Assembly (NCBI GenBank): GCA_951406725.2
Contig: OX597822.1
Location: 115,754,001 to 115,818,000 of the forward strand
Direction of reading: 5' to 3'
From: Octopus vulgaris
Taxonomy: Eukaryota
DNA length: 64,000 nucleotides
Below, in pieces: positions 1 to 14,748 of this stretch. A model generated the notes under the pieces. The model was not told the origin of the DNA, ran no database searches, and saw only the letters and a program-made list of their open reading frames with translations. Numbering within the stretch: position 1 is the stretch's first letter; each line of letters begins with the position of its first letter. Made by a program: the position numbers and the translations under genes.

Positions 1-520
1 GAGCTGTCGTTGTTGTTGTTGTTGTTAACATCTCAACTGTAACTGCAGCTACAACAGCCAATTAATAATGTTAATGATGGTGGTGGTGGTGGTGATGGTG
101 GTGGTAGTGGTGGTGGTGGTGATGGTGGTGGTAGTGGTGGTGGTGGTGGTCGTCGTCTCTACGATGGTGCTAGTGGTGGAGTATGACAGAAATGGTAGAA
201 CGCCTTGATGTATTCAGTCCCTGGGCTAACGTTCCAAGTAAGAAATCATCATCATCATCATCATCATCACCATCGTTGTCGTCGTCGTCATTACCACTAC
301 CACTTCCGCCACCGCCGCCGCCACCATCATAATCATCATCGCCACCCTCTCCGCCGCTATCATCACCACCACCGCGTCCACCTCTTCTGCCATCATCATA
401 AACACCATCACCACCATTACAACCACCATGACCACCACCACTGCTACCATAACGCCCACCGGCATCACCACACCATTCTCCTGTCACCACCACCATCATC
501 ATCATTATCATCATCATCCA
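1..520. repeat. Compound trinucleotide microsatellite (GTT/GGT then CAT/CAC)
   Basis: Directly visible; explains the poly-His/Gly/Asp ORFs. Confidence 0.9.
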
Positions 521-1146
521 GTGCCTATTGACCAAAAAGAGGCGGTTCCAATCAAACCATGCTAAACGCTCGTATATCGGAGAACAACAGTTGAGAAGAG
601 GAATGCAGCTTTGGTGCCGAATTGGTTTTCCATTATCTAGCATTGCTTCACAACCAGACTCCGTATTATTCTTGGGGTGTCCAGAAAATTTCTTCTCTTT
701 TTTGTTCGGTTAAAATTTATCTGCTTCTACTTCTTCAACGTAATAAATGACTTGATTTTTTTTGGTTCTGCAATTCCTAATAATATTTCATTCTGAAAAT
801 AATATAAGTTTTTATTTAAAATATTGAATGGCTATGAAGGTCCACCCGAGGAAAACTAGGAATCAAAGGGGCCCATGAGTAGAAAAAAAATGGTTGAGAA
901 CCACTGATTTATAAGATTCTCTTATTGACTCTATTGGAGGTTCCATTGAACGTAAAGATCTGCATCATCCATGGATTCCTGTATTACTCTGTCCTTCAAG
1001 CCTGTTTTTGAAGTGTTGGCTATATCACTGGTCTCCAACCATTTTTTATACCACAGACCGGCTTCATGCCGGACAATCTTTCCGCGGACCTGTAGTGGCA
1101 CATATATGTAATTTAAGTGTATTTCGATAAATTTGAATAAATTTGA

Positions 1147-1200
<54 letters not shown>

Positions 1201-1840
1201 TTTTTTTTTTCTTCTTTCAAATTTGCTTCCCTTTCTTGCCGAGTGTCTTCCCGACTCCTAGAGCAAAGAAACTCATAGTATACATTGGTAGGCCATTAAA
1301 CCAAACTCAGTAGTTCGTTCATTTTTTTTTTTTTTAAATACATGAGCAGCAACAGTTCTCACATCGACAATGCTCTTCTCAATACGTGTGATGTACCAGT
1401 TAAGACAATCTTTTGCACTTCTTGCAGGGATGGTAAGCCAGGGATCATTCTCATATAATTTTCGGTTCCCTTCTTGATCATTCCTAGTGCTCCTACGATC
1501 ACTGGTATTGTAACCACCTTGAGATGCCACATTTTCTCAATTTCAATGAGTAGGTCTTTATATTTTCTGAGCTTGTCAAACTCTTTCGCTGAGATATTAT
1601 GATCACAGGGGATGCTCATGTCGATCAATAAGCAAACTTTATTGTTTTGGTCTTTCACAACAATATCTGGTTTATTGGCCTTGATGGTTCGGTCTGTATG
1701 TACTGGAAAGTCCCACAGAATGGTTACATTTTCTCCTTCAGTTACAGCCTCAGGGTGGTGATTATACCACTTGTCGGCAGTTTTGATATTGTAATGCCGA
1801 CTTATTAGCCAGTGTAGATATTGGCCAACTCTGTCATGTC
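1201..1840 (-). mobile_element. 5'-truncated R4/Dong-like non-LTR retrotransposon (REL endonuclease end + 3' UTR)
   Basis: Reads RHDRVG...ILWDFPVHTDRTIKANKPDIVV...LLIDMSIP...KYKDL...PVIVGALG (PD..D restriction-like endonuclease). Flanked on both sides by (TAA)n. Confidence 0.88.
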
Positions 1841-1843
1841 TTA

Positions 1844-1907
<64 letters not shown>

Positions 1908-2008
1908 GCATTGAAGCACTGGGGCCGATATAAGTGACTATCCTCCTCCCGCGAAATTTCTGGAATTGTGCCAAAATTATTATTATTATTATTACTATTA
2001 TTATTATT

Positions 2009-2562
2009 GAGTGAGCGAGCAGAGCATGCCATCAAAGTGACACTGGAGTAAAATATACGAAGCCCAGTATACCCATCATGACTACCCGTCTGATAAGGGT
2101 ACACCAGGCACATGCATCACAACCATATGTGCGCGACATGGTGATCTCATATCAAGATAAACAGCACATGACCTTGCAGGTGAAGCCCAGTTAGAATTTT
2201 CTTCAGATCGAGTAACCCATCGCGCTCAAAAGGTCCCTGAATAAGGGTTGTTTAAGGACGTTGAACGAAACACCCATGTTTCCAGAGGTGAATTATTCAA
2301 ACCCCAAAGAATCCTTCTCAACACATGGCTATAATGCTCCCCCACTACTTCTGCTCGTGATCAGAGATGCACATATCGTCAGCCACTAAGGGACATGCTC
2401 AACTGGTTAAGGTCAAACAACTGACAAGCAAATCTGTGGTATTGAGCAGAATATTTGCTGTAGCCCATCTTTTATACCAAGACAAAACAATGTACATGAT
2501 AACACTTCCAATCAGTTAAGATCAGAAGCCATGAGAGCCACTGCCTGGTACTGCATCAGGGC

Positions 2563-2565
<3 letters not shown>
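2009..2565 (-). mobile_element. ~557-bp non-coding repeat embedded in (TAA)n, copy 1
   Basis: Near-identical to 2633-3099, bounded by TAA runs, no meaningful ORF. Confidence 0.75.
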
Positions 2566-2632
<67 letters not shown>

Positions 2633-3098
2633 GAGTGAGAGAGCAGTGCATGCCATCAAAGTGACACTGCGGTAAAATATACGAAGCCCAGTATACCCAT
2701 CATGACTACCCGTCTGATAAGGATACACTGGGCACATGCATCACGACCATATGTGCGTGACATGGTGATCGCATATCAAGATAAACAACGCATAGCCTTG
2801 CAAGTGGGGCCCAGTTAGAATTTTCTTCAGGTTGAGTAGCCCATCCCACTCAAAAGGTCCCTGAATAAGGATTGTTTAAGGATGTTGAAAGAACCACCCA
2901 TGTTTCCAGAGGTGAACTATTCAAACCCCAAAGAATCCCTCTCAACACATGGCTATGATGCACCCCCACTACTTCTGCTCGTGATCAGAGATGCACATAT
3001 CGTCAGCCACTAAGGGACATGCTCAACTGGTTAAGATCAAGCAACTGACAAGCAAATCTGTGGTATTGAGCAGAATATTTGCTGTAGCCCATCTTTTA

Positions 3099-3099
<1 letters not shown>
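2633..3099 (-). mobile_element. Same non-coding repeat, copy 2 (truncated at its minus-strand 5' end)
   Basis: Aligns with copy 1 from gagtgag to cttttata and lacks the last ~90 bp; TAA flanks. Confidence 0.75.
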
Positions 3100-3147
<48 letters not shown>

Positions 3148-3149
3148 CA

Positions 3150-3362
3150 TTGTGAAGTAGCAGCGCCATTAGCACGGCAGGCAAGATGCTTAGTAATATT
3201 TCGTCCGTCTTTACGTTCAGAGCTGGAATTCCGCCAAGGTCGACTTTACCTCTCATCTTTTCGGGATCGATAAAATAAGTATCAGTTGAACACTGGAGTC
3301 GATGTAATCCACTTAGCCCCCACCCCCTCGAAATTTCTGGCATTGCACCAAAATTTGAAATT
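3150..3362 (+). mobile_element. SINE family B (tRNA head, Nin/Deu-like core), degenerate
   Basis: Core gccaaggtcgactttacctctcatcttttcgggatcgataaaataagta shared with the other copies. Confidence 0.7.
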
Positions 3363-3443
3363 ATTTTTATTGTTTTTCTTCTCAAAACGCTCGGTTTTGT
3401 TTGCTCTGGAAAATTCTGTGAGAGCGGACACCATTTTGCTGTT

Positions 3444-3803
3444 ACTCTTTTACTCTTTTACTTGTTTCAGTCATTTGACTGCGGCCATGCTGGAGCACCG
3501 CTTTTAGTCGACCAAATCGACCCCAGGACTTATTCTTTGCAAGCCTAGTACTTATTCTATCGGTCTCTTTTGCCGAACCGCTAAGTTACGGGGAGGTAAA
3601 CACACCACCATCGGTTGTCAAGCGATGTTGGGAGGTGGGAGACAAACACAGACACACAAACATATACACACACATACATATATAAACATATATACGACGG
3701 GCTTCTTTCAGTTTTGTCTACCAAATACACTCACAAGAAGACACTTGCACAAGGTGCCACGAAGTGGGACTTAACCCGGAACCATGTGGCTGGTAAGCAA
3801 GCT
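3444..3803 (-). mobile_element. SINE family A (tRNA-derived), partial
   Basis: Tail ...ggccgcagtcaaatgactgaaacaagtaaaagag shared with about 9 copies in the window. Confidence 0.85.
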
Positions 3804-4175
3804 AGATCTCACAGTTTCTCTTTCCGCAATTATTATTATTATTATTGAAAAAGAAGAGAGAACTTCCGCCCCGCTCCACCCAGTAATTTTGTTAAAAGGT
3901 GGGTGAATGTTACAAGAATGGCCCCAATGAATGGGCCTACTTTAAGTATGCGCCTGTAGGCAAAGGAGAGAGAGGGATTAGGGCAATCGTGGATTTGTGA
4001 GGTTCCCACGAGCAGTCCTAAGAAGTCTCCCACTTTGGGGGAATTTTGTTGCTATAATCGATTTGTTTTTTATTGTTTACACGACTTTCCTGTAACTCCA
4101 CTTTCTATTTGTCCTCTGCTGTTCACAATGTCTTTGATGTAAACCCTTTGTGCTTGATAAAGAAAGAATAATAAT

Positions 4176-4645
4176 GACGTGGTATGAGCACAGATCGCAG
4201 TGTGTTGCAGAGTTGGAGACTAGTAAAATCCTCTGTGATTTCCATAATCCAAACAGATCAGGTACTGGAGCATAACAGACCGGACCTAGTGGTGGTGGTG
4301 GACAAGGTGCACCACATATGTTATATAGTTGATGTCACATGCTCCTTTGACCCACGAATAGTCAAGAAGGAAGACGAAAAGATAGATAAATACAAACATC
4401 TTAAGTACGAAATAGCGCAGCTATTGAAAATGAAGTAGGTGAAGATAGTGCCAATTATTATTGGGTCCTTGGGAACAATATCAGAAGGCATCAAGAGGAA
4501 TATAAAGGAAATTGGAATAGAGTGCCCAGTTACAAAAGGTTTGCCTCCTTGGCACGACCAGAATAATCAGGAAAGTATTAGATAGCTGAAAGAATGAATA
4601 GTATAGTACCGTAGACTGCTCCAACAAAACCTGTGATAAAGAGAA
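4176..4645 (+). mobile_element. Degenerate R4/Dong-like retrotransposon 3' end (second subfamily)
   Basis: IQTDQVLEHNRPDLVVVVDK...IVDVTCSFD...EKIDKYKHLKYEI...VPIIIGSLG, with stops and frameshifts; adjacent to TAA/TTA runs. Confidence 0.8.
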
Positions 4646-4720
<75 letters not shown>

Positions 4721-4723
4721 CAT

Positions 4724-5561
4724 TCAGTAGTTTTATTTTATAGCGTGCTTTCACTTCACTACCGAGCGCAGCTCTGTGTGCATTGGGTATGTGCTGTGAT
4801 TTGTTGTGATGCTCTGATGGTTATTGTATGGAAAGTGTTCTGCGTAGGATGTGTGCAGTGCCTAGTAGTGCAATTTTCTGTATGTTATATGTGTTTGTAA
4901 GTCCTGGTGTTTTTGTTATGTATTTGTCTGAATATTTTTTTATCATGCCTAATGCACCTACTATGATAGGAATTGTTTCTGTTTTCAGATTCCACATTCT
5001 AGTTACCTCTATTTCCAGGTCTTTGTATTTTGAAAGTTTCTCCATTTCTTTTAGAGACACGTTGTCATCTGCCGGTATTGATACATCAATTAGAAAGCAT
5101 TTTTTTCTTCATGATCTCTGACAACTATATGTGGTCTGTTGGCCTTAATTTCTCTATCTGTGTGTATTGGCATATCCCAGAGTATGGTTGCTTTCTCGTT
5201 TTCTGTGACCTTTTTTGGTGTGTGCCTATACCATCTTTTTTCTGTTGTTATTCCGTAATGTTGGCATAGTTTCCAGTGTATGTAGGTTCCAACTCTGTCA
5301 TGTCTGTGAATATATTCCTTCTTAGCCAAGACTGGGCAGCTAGAGATAATATGATTTATTGTTTCTTGTCCATCTCCACATATTCTGCAGTTACTTGTAA
5401 TATTTCTTTTCATTACATGTTTTTGGTAATTTCTGGCGGGGAAGGCTTTGGTCTTGTGCTGCAATTAAAAATCCCTCTGTCTCTGCTTTGAGTCCTGAGC
5501 TTCTCAACCACTGCTGGGATTTTTCTTTGTCTATTTCTTTTGCATTTAGTTTAGTCCAGTA
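4724..5561 (-). mobile_element. 5'-truncated R4/Dong-like retrotransposon (CCHC knuckle + REL endonuclease; third subfamily)
   Basis: CRICGDGQETINHIISSC, RHDRVG, ILWDMPIHTDREIKANRP, EKLSKYKDLEIE, PIIVGALG across two frameshifts; (TAA)n on both sides. Confidence 0.9.
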
Positions 5562-5562
5562 A

Positions 5563-6720
<1,158 letters not shown>

Positions 6721-7163
6721 GAGGACTTGGAAGAGTTAAGTACACGGCAAGCGCATTAATTACGATACAAATGTGTTCGCCCGAAGTTAAACGAGAAAAG
6801 GTGTCGGAGAGTAAACGTGCACTTACAACTAATAGACTTAAGAAGAGTTTTATAACAACGATTGTTCTAAGTAAATCTGATTAATTGATGTACACTTGAT
6901 AACAAAGCTGGGTTATAGACATAAGACGAATACAGAGTGATTCATGCCTCTTACCTGACACGGCAATCGAGAGAAACGCAATTTTCTTATTTTCCACTTC
7001 AGTTAAGCTCACTCAGCCGTAAGATTGAGTTAAACACATTTTAAAATGGCGGATAAATGCAAATGTGTTCTGAAGTTTCCTTCCAGCGTAATATTTCCGG
7101 CATATAGCGTGTAGGCCGATGTGTGTGTGTGTTTGTGTGTGTGTGCGTGTATATATATATATG

Positions 7164-7280
<117 letters not shown>

Positions 7281-7318
7281 CTTAGTAACTTAGAATAACT
7301 TAGAAAGGTATATATATG

Positions 7319-7408
<90 letters not shown>

Positions 7409-7501
7409 TATATATATACATACACACAAATATATATGTATTTATAAATAGATATATATATATATATAGATACACACAATATATGTATTTATAAATAGTA
7501 T

Positions 7502-7581
<80 letters not shown>

Positions 7582-7627
7582 CGTGCACACGCATATGTTT
7601 AAACCTATGCACTCGTATATCGTGACA

Positions 7628-7980
7628 CTCCATCGGTTACGACGACGACGAGTGTTCCAGTTGATCCGATCAACGGAACAGCCTGCTCATGAAATTAACG
7701 TGCAAGTGGCTAACCACTGTACCCTTAACGTAGTCCTCGGGGAGATGCACCGTGACACAAAGCGTGACAAGGCTAACCCTTTAAATTACAGGTACAACAG
7801 AAACAAGAAGAAATAGTGAGAGAAGGTTTTGGCAAAAGGGTGCAGCAGGGTTCACCACCACTCCCTCCGGAGCCTTTCGCCCAATAAACACTCACAACGC
7901 CCGGTCTGGAAATCGAAACCGTGATCCTATGACCATGAGTCTACTGCTCTAACAACTGGGCCACTGTGCCTCACAACATG
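7628..7980 (-). mobile_element. SINE family C (tRNA-derived)
   Basis: Shares gttgatccgatcaacggaacagcctgctc...gtgcaagtggct with 28055-28372; minus-strand head ggcacagtggcccagttgttagagcag...gtttcgatt has A/B-box-like motifs. Confidence 0.75.
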
Positions 7981-7984
7981 CGTA

Positions 7985-8035
<51 letters not shown>

Positions 8036-8495
8036 GTATATATATGTGTATATATATATATATTATATATACTATATATATACATATATACTATATATAT
8101 ACATATATATATGTATATATATATACACACACACACACATACGCACACATCTGTGTATGTATACACCGATACAAATATGCGTACACATTATAGAAATGTA
8201 GGCTTATTTTTATGGATATGTGTAAGAGTTAGAAAAAAATGAATATATAATAAATGTGTGAAAGCAGGTTCACGCTAAATTTTCGAACGCATGTTTCTGA
8301 GTGATATACGCAGATATAGATAAACATACATATCTATGTGCATGCATACACATATATGTGTATGTATATATATATATATATCACGTGATCACGTGACCGA
8401 CCAGTCCATCAGATGTAGTTATACATCGCTGGTCACAATGCGTTCGCATTGTTTTAGCCTTCGAATGACGCCACCCCGCTGGCTAAGCGAGCAGG

Positions 8496-8534
<39 letters not shown>

Positions 8535-8611
8535 TTATACACACAAACACACATACGTATATAAGCATACATACATGTAAACATATACAAATATGCATAT
8601 ATGTATATATA

Positions 8612-8967
8612 TTGGGTTGTCCTGAAAGTTCGTGCCGATTTTTAAAGGAAAGAAAAAGGCCAATAAATTACCCAAGCTTTCCCAGGTCCTCATGAACGAC
8701 GGATTTTGGTTGCTTGTAAGGCATTTTTCCCTTTACGGAAAAAGAAAAGCATCAAGTGCCGAAAATGAACTTTCTTTTCTTCCATTTTAGAGGGTTACAG
8801 AATTAACACAGGTTATAGGAACATAAACTTTCTTCCACGAAAATATAGCTTAAACTATGCTCTAAATGGAGGTGTAGTCAAATCTTATTTTATGGACTCA
8901 ACCATGTTCTAAAATAAGTCGAAATTTAAGCTACTGTAAATCGGCACGAACTTTCCGGACAACCGAA
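8612..8967. mobile_element. Tc1/mariner-type MITE
   Basis: ~30-bp TIRs ttgggttgtcctgaaagttcgtgccgattt / aaatcggcacgaactttccggacaaccgaa, TA on both sides. Confidence 0.88.
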
Positions 8968-9480
8968 TACATGTATATATGAGATGTTGAGTTCGATCCC
9001 GTAAAGGTGAGTCGATAGAAGCGTGTGAGAGTGAAATTAGGTGAGAGAGGACTGTGTGGAAGCCCCTAAGATGGACTTTAGCTCTAAACCAAAGATCTGT
9101 CTGCGGCACGTTCTGTCTCACTGATTCTAGGAGACATTCTTGTCTGGGGTCCATGTATCTGTAAATTATTAAATCTGTATATAAATACATCTACATATTC
9201 GCTCATTTATACACATACACATAAATATCTGTACATATACGCGCACACATATTCATACACAAATGCATGTACATATGTGTGCATGCGCGCGCGCGTGATC
9301 TCTTTTTTTTTTTTTTTTTCATAAGGCCAGAGCATTGCAAGATGTGAGAAATAATGCACGTTGACGGTTTGTACTTTTATTTTGTATTTCAGTGCGTATA
9401 AATCGAAATCACGACTTGGCGATAGTAAATGCAACACTATCCACTAGGTCACGTGCCTTTAAGTACGTGCGTAGACATAG

Positions 9481-9995
<515 letters not shown>

Positions 9996-10783
9996 ATATA
10001 AATGTGTGTGTGTAATTTATGTATGTCTTCTATTGTTTAATTATTATAAATCTTCCACTGAATAGGGAGCCGGTTTCCAACAAAGAAACGAGGCAAATTC
10101 ACAATTGGAACTTGAGAAAAGTCTTGCATATTTTTACTGTTCCACTGACAGATTGCCCTTGTAATGTACGAATTAGCCGGTCGATTTCTCTTTCTGAAAA
10201 TCCCAGTTTATCCAGATTCTCCTTTAAGCATTTACTAACAAAACCTAGTACTCCAATTATTATTAGTAGTCATATGAATTCATAGTCTGGAGGTTTCGAA
10301 GCAATTGTCCATATCCTCTTTTTCTTTGATTTTCAAAGAGATATTTATATCTGCAGAGCAGCTGACCTCTATGATGGTACATACCTTTACCCCTCTGACT
10401 CAAACAATAATATCCGACCTGTTATATTTACATTTGGAAGACGTTTTGATGGGAATATTCCACCATAGTATTCCTTGAGTTGGTGTATGTATAAAAGGCG
10501 AAAAGGCGAAACTGACCGATCAGTGCGCGGATGTCTCGACCGCTGCTTCCAGCTGATTACGGTCCCTGTTAACATGAAAGCATACAATTATGTGATTTGA
10601 CTGCAGCATTAAAGCGTTTTAGCTCTTATTTCTAGCAACGTAGGTGTTTCTAACACCTTTAGTCATACGTAATGTGTGTGTGTGTGTGTACACAGATCAA
10701 ATTTACAGAATGCAAAAGACGAAGACAGGTGAGGGAACAATGAGCAGGTGTATTAGTTTGACGCTCAGGAAGAATGGATAAGT

Positions 10784-10819
10784 CTTTGACGTTTGGAACC
10801 GAAGGGCTTCGTCAGAAAG
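10784..10819 (-). ncRNA. Degenerate minimal type I hammerhead ribozyme in a Penelope-pLTR-like repeat (10700-10885)
   Basis: cttt CTGACGA agcccttcggttc CAAA cg TC aaag: stem I cttt/aaag, GAAA mutated to CAAA; homologous to the 12557 and 33943 copies. Confidence 0.6.
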
Positions 10820-10909
10820 GATTAAGAGGGAAAATAATGGAGAGACGCAACAAAAAAAACGGAGAGAGAAAAAGATGATTAACGATTCAACACATATGCA
10901 TGCACTCAA

Positions 10910-10953
<44 letters not shown>

Positions 10954-10975
10954 TTATATGTATATGTATATATTT

Positions 10976-11803
10976 ACTAGCTCAAAAGCCGCCCGGTATT
11001 TAGCTTTAAGCTAGTATATAGCTTTTAAGCAACTGACCCCGGATGGGAAGATCTGCAAACAGATCTCTGACTTGTTTTGGTGACTTTGTAGCAATTGCTT
11101 CCTCCAGTCATATCCCAATCATGATCGTATTCGTCGCAACAAATCATGTGAAAAAAATCACCGACAACAGTCGCAATAATGAAAACATAGGAATCCAAAA
11201 TTTCAGGATTGCAGGTCAGGATTCGACTCGGAATGTTTCTAATTTACTCACGTCAGCCTGATTCGAAAACGGTATGATATGTTGGGCTACGGCCTCTAGG
11301 AGTAAAGGTGAAAAAGTGTGACACACTGACACACCGACATTCACATTTGTTATATTATATTAGGGCGGCGAGCAGGCAGAATCGGTAGCACGCTGGTCGA
11401 AATGTTTAGCAGTATTTCGTCTGCCGTTCGGTTTTGAGTTCGAATTCCGCCGATGTCAATTTTTGCCATTCATCCTTAGTACCAGTTACGTACTGAGGTC
11501 AATGTAATCGACTTAATCCCCCCCCACCCGAGATTTTGAGACCTTGTGCTTCCAGTAGAAAGGATTTATTAAAGTTGAAAAAGTGTGACACACTGACACA
11601 CTACATTTATTATATTAGATATGTTTAATTTTGGGGAAAATTTATTTCAATTAAAGTGTATTCTGTGTGTGTGTTTGTGTGTGTGTGTGTTAAAGAAAGC
11701 AAAAAATAAAACAAAAACAATAGTATGTTGGCGACGGGAATTTCTGTCACAGAGACATGGTTAAACAAAGTTGTACATCATCACCCTCTTTCTCTCACAT
11801 ACC

Positions 11804-11853
<50 letters not shown>

Positions 11854-11944
11854 ATTATTCCCACTGCCACCATCAACACTACTACTTTTAATAAAACATC
11901 ATCAACTCTCCCTAAATTTCTTTGTTTCTTTTTCTCTCCCTATC

Positions 11945-11985
<41 letters not shown>

Positions 11986-12131
11986 GCTCTCACCGCTCTC
12001 ACCGTCTCTATGCCTACTATTGCTCTCACCCCATCATGAGTAATAGTAGAAGTGTCATTGAATAGTAAGAGAGGAGTCGAAGTGTGACACACTGACACAC
12101 AGGAAATAGTTTTCACATTTATTATATTAGA
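10976..12131 (-). mobile_element. Non-autonomous Helitron-like element(s)
   Basis: Minus strand starts a|TCtaatataata and ends CTAG|t with a subterminal cccgg...ccggatggg hairpin-like sequence; terminal block aagtgtgacacactgacacac repeated three times. Confidence 0.5.
11363..11570 (+). mobile_element. SINE family B
   Basis: Head ggcggcgagcaggcagaatcggtagca...gagttcgaattcc (A/B boxes), tail agtagaaaggatt. Confidence 0.8.
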
Positions 12132-12556
12132 TATATATATATATATATATATATGTACATATATGCCGAACCCACACCCCACATGGGCTTTCCCCACTCT
12201 CGACCCCCCAACCCCCACCTCCCCACAACATCACACCACACTACACTACACCATACGACATTACACATCACATCACAACACACCACCCACACACCCATCC
12301 CCAAATCTCCACACCCATACATACATACATACATCCAGACCACCAGCCCTCTTTCACACACTCATACATACTCTCTTATACACACACACACCTTCATGTT
12401 GGGGCGAAGTCACTTGACCCTGTTATCTCCCCTACTATCCCTCTAGCGTCTAACGTCTGACCTCTGACCTCTGACTTTTGTCTGAAATCAGAACGCCATG
12501 ATGGACCGTAAGCTCCTACACGCATTTTTTTTCTCTCCTTGTTTCTTTTCTGTGTA

Positions 12557-12594
12557 TCTTTCTGTCGAAGAGCGTAGGCTCGAAACGTAAAAGA
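12557..12594 (+). ncRNA. Minimal type I hammerhead-like motif with CUGUCGA core, in a ~220-bp repeat (12475-12691)
   Basis: tcttt CTGTCGA a gagc gtag gctc GAAA cg TA aaaga: 5-bp stem I, 4-bp stem II, palindromic ACGU stem III. Confidence 0.7.
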
Positions 12595-12701
12595 CTTGTT
12601 TTATTTCTATTTCTGAGCGCCATACTAATACAATTGTTTGTTTGTACTCCACCTGCCATCGTCTTTTGTTTATTTTCGTAAACCTTCCCGTTATATATAT
12701 A

Positions 12702-12775
<74 letters not shown>

Positions 12776-13152
12776 TATATATGTGTGTGTGTGTGTGTGT
12801 CTGTGTTTGTGTCTCTGTGTGTTTGCGCATATGCGTATGTGTGTTTACATGCTTATTTTTTCACTAGTCTTCTAAGCAGAAGCTGGCATTGCTGTTTGAT
12901 TCAATCCCAATCTCTTACTAGTATATATTAATTAACTTACTAAGACTACGGTGTGTTACTGTAGTATTACTTATCGTATAAAGTAGATTACTTGTAAACG
13001 ACCGATTCCGCGACGGAGCATTTTTATGTCGACTTACAAACTATAACAATACCTTTCTTTAATTGTAACCGTCATCTAATTTTTTGCCATTTCAAAACCC
13101 GATTTGAATTTATTTCATCTTATAATTATTGCTCCCGTGCATCATATATTCA

Positions 13153-13362
13153 CTTTTACTTGTTTCAGTCATTTGACTGCGGCCATGCTGGAGCACCGCC
13201 TTTCGTCGAGCAAATCGACCCCAGGACTTATTCTTTGTAGGCCTAGTACTTATTCTATCGGTCTCTTTTGCCAAACCGCTAAGTTACGGGGACGTAAACA
13301 CACCAGCATCGGTGGTCAAGCGATGTTGGGGAGGACAAACACAGACACACAAACATATGCAT

Positions 13363-13421
<59 letters not shown>

Positions 13422-13576
13422 TACGACGGGCTTCTTTCACTTTCCGTCTACCAAATCAACTCACAGTGCCTGAGGCTATAGTGGAAGACACTTGCCCAAG
13501 GTGCCACATGGTAGGACTGAACCCGGAACCATATGGTTGGTAAGCAAGCTATTTACCACACGGCCACTCCTGCGCC
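13153..13576 (-). mobile_element. SINE family A, near full length
   Basis: Head ggcgcaggagtggccgtgtggtaa...ggttccgggttcagtcc; central TA/CA tract; tail gactgaaacaagtaaaag. Confidence 0.88.
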
Positions 13577-14703
13577 TAAACAAATTTAATATAGCTTATA
13601 GCATTTAAACCTAAAAGATATATATATATGCATTAAGGACTAGAACGAGAACCCCTAGCATGTTTCAGTTTCATAGCATACAGCGTGCATAATTATGTCA
13701 TTGAGCGAAATATGTGATACTGGGCATAGGAACATGAAATTGTTTAGAAATTAAATAAGACAATTTAGCCGTTTGCATGAAAACAATAGTTAAGTCTGAT
13801 AGTAATATATTTAGAGTTAATATATTTGATCAACAGGTCATTGGAAAGTTAATTGAAAATTAATATGCATTAAGGAAATGTCGATATTGGTCAATGGTTT
13901 AGATTATTTTCATTTATCCTGCAAACTTCCGAAGACAACACCGGATGTGTTTCCATATCATTCTGACTTCCTCAGCTAAGAGTCTCTTTCACTGGTCTCT
14001 TTCACTCATCTCCATCATAGCTCCATTGTAGCTCCGTATGGAAACAAGAAACAATAGTTCGCTCTAAGTTTTAACCCAGTCGGATCTTCGTAGTAAAGGT
14101 GACATTCGTAATTATCCTGCTGCCTAAATGAATAATTGTGGTGAGTTATCTCCCAAAATCCCAGAGTTTCAGAAGTAACTTAGAGATAGATTGAGCAAAA
14201 GACCAATGGCGATTTGAGTGGAACTGCAAGACACTTTACTTTTGATGCTGTGAAACCAGTGGAAAATGATGGCACTGCTCTTCCAGTGCTTTGATAATGT
14301 CAAATTCCTAATTTCGAGGTTAATTGATAATTATTCATAGTTCACTTTGGGAGGATGTGATTAACCTACTTCCACAATAGGAGAGAGAAAATCGGCCTTG
14401 TAGTCCTTGATAGGCTTGTGCATGGGAGTTCTTCTGTAGCAGGGAAGGTTTCCCAGCACTGATACCATAACAGATCTCCCATCCCTAGTACTGCTGGTAT
14501 TCTCTCAACCATTCTACAGTAGACATTCCCCCATTCCTGGTACTATTGTGGCTCTCCCATCCCTTGTGTTGTAGCGCCTGACCTCTTATACTGTAGAGAT
14601 TCCCTTCAACTGCTCTGTACTTCACTCGTACCCCAATAGAGTAGAGATTCTCTTATTGGTTCTCTTTTGTAGAAAGAATGGCGATCATTTCATTTGCTAT
14701 ACA

Positions 14704-14748
<45 letters not shown>

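Noticed and set aside
170-643. Gly/Asp-rich and His-rich ORFs
   Set aside because: Translations of trinucleotide microsatellites with no splice or domain support.
13480-13576. tRNA genes
   Set aside because: The A/B-box-like sequences are SINE heads continuing into SINE bodies, with no complete cloverleaf.
13925-13985. Minus-strand CTGAGGA...GAAAcac...gtgtt hammerhead-like motif (similar weak hits near 31120, 46498 and 47560)
   Set aside because: Stem I is missing or the core is mutated; compatible with chance.
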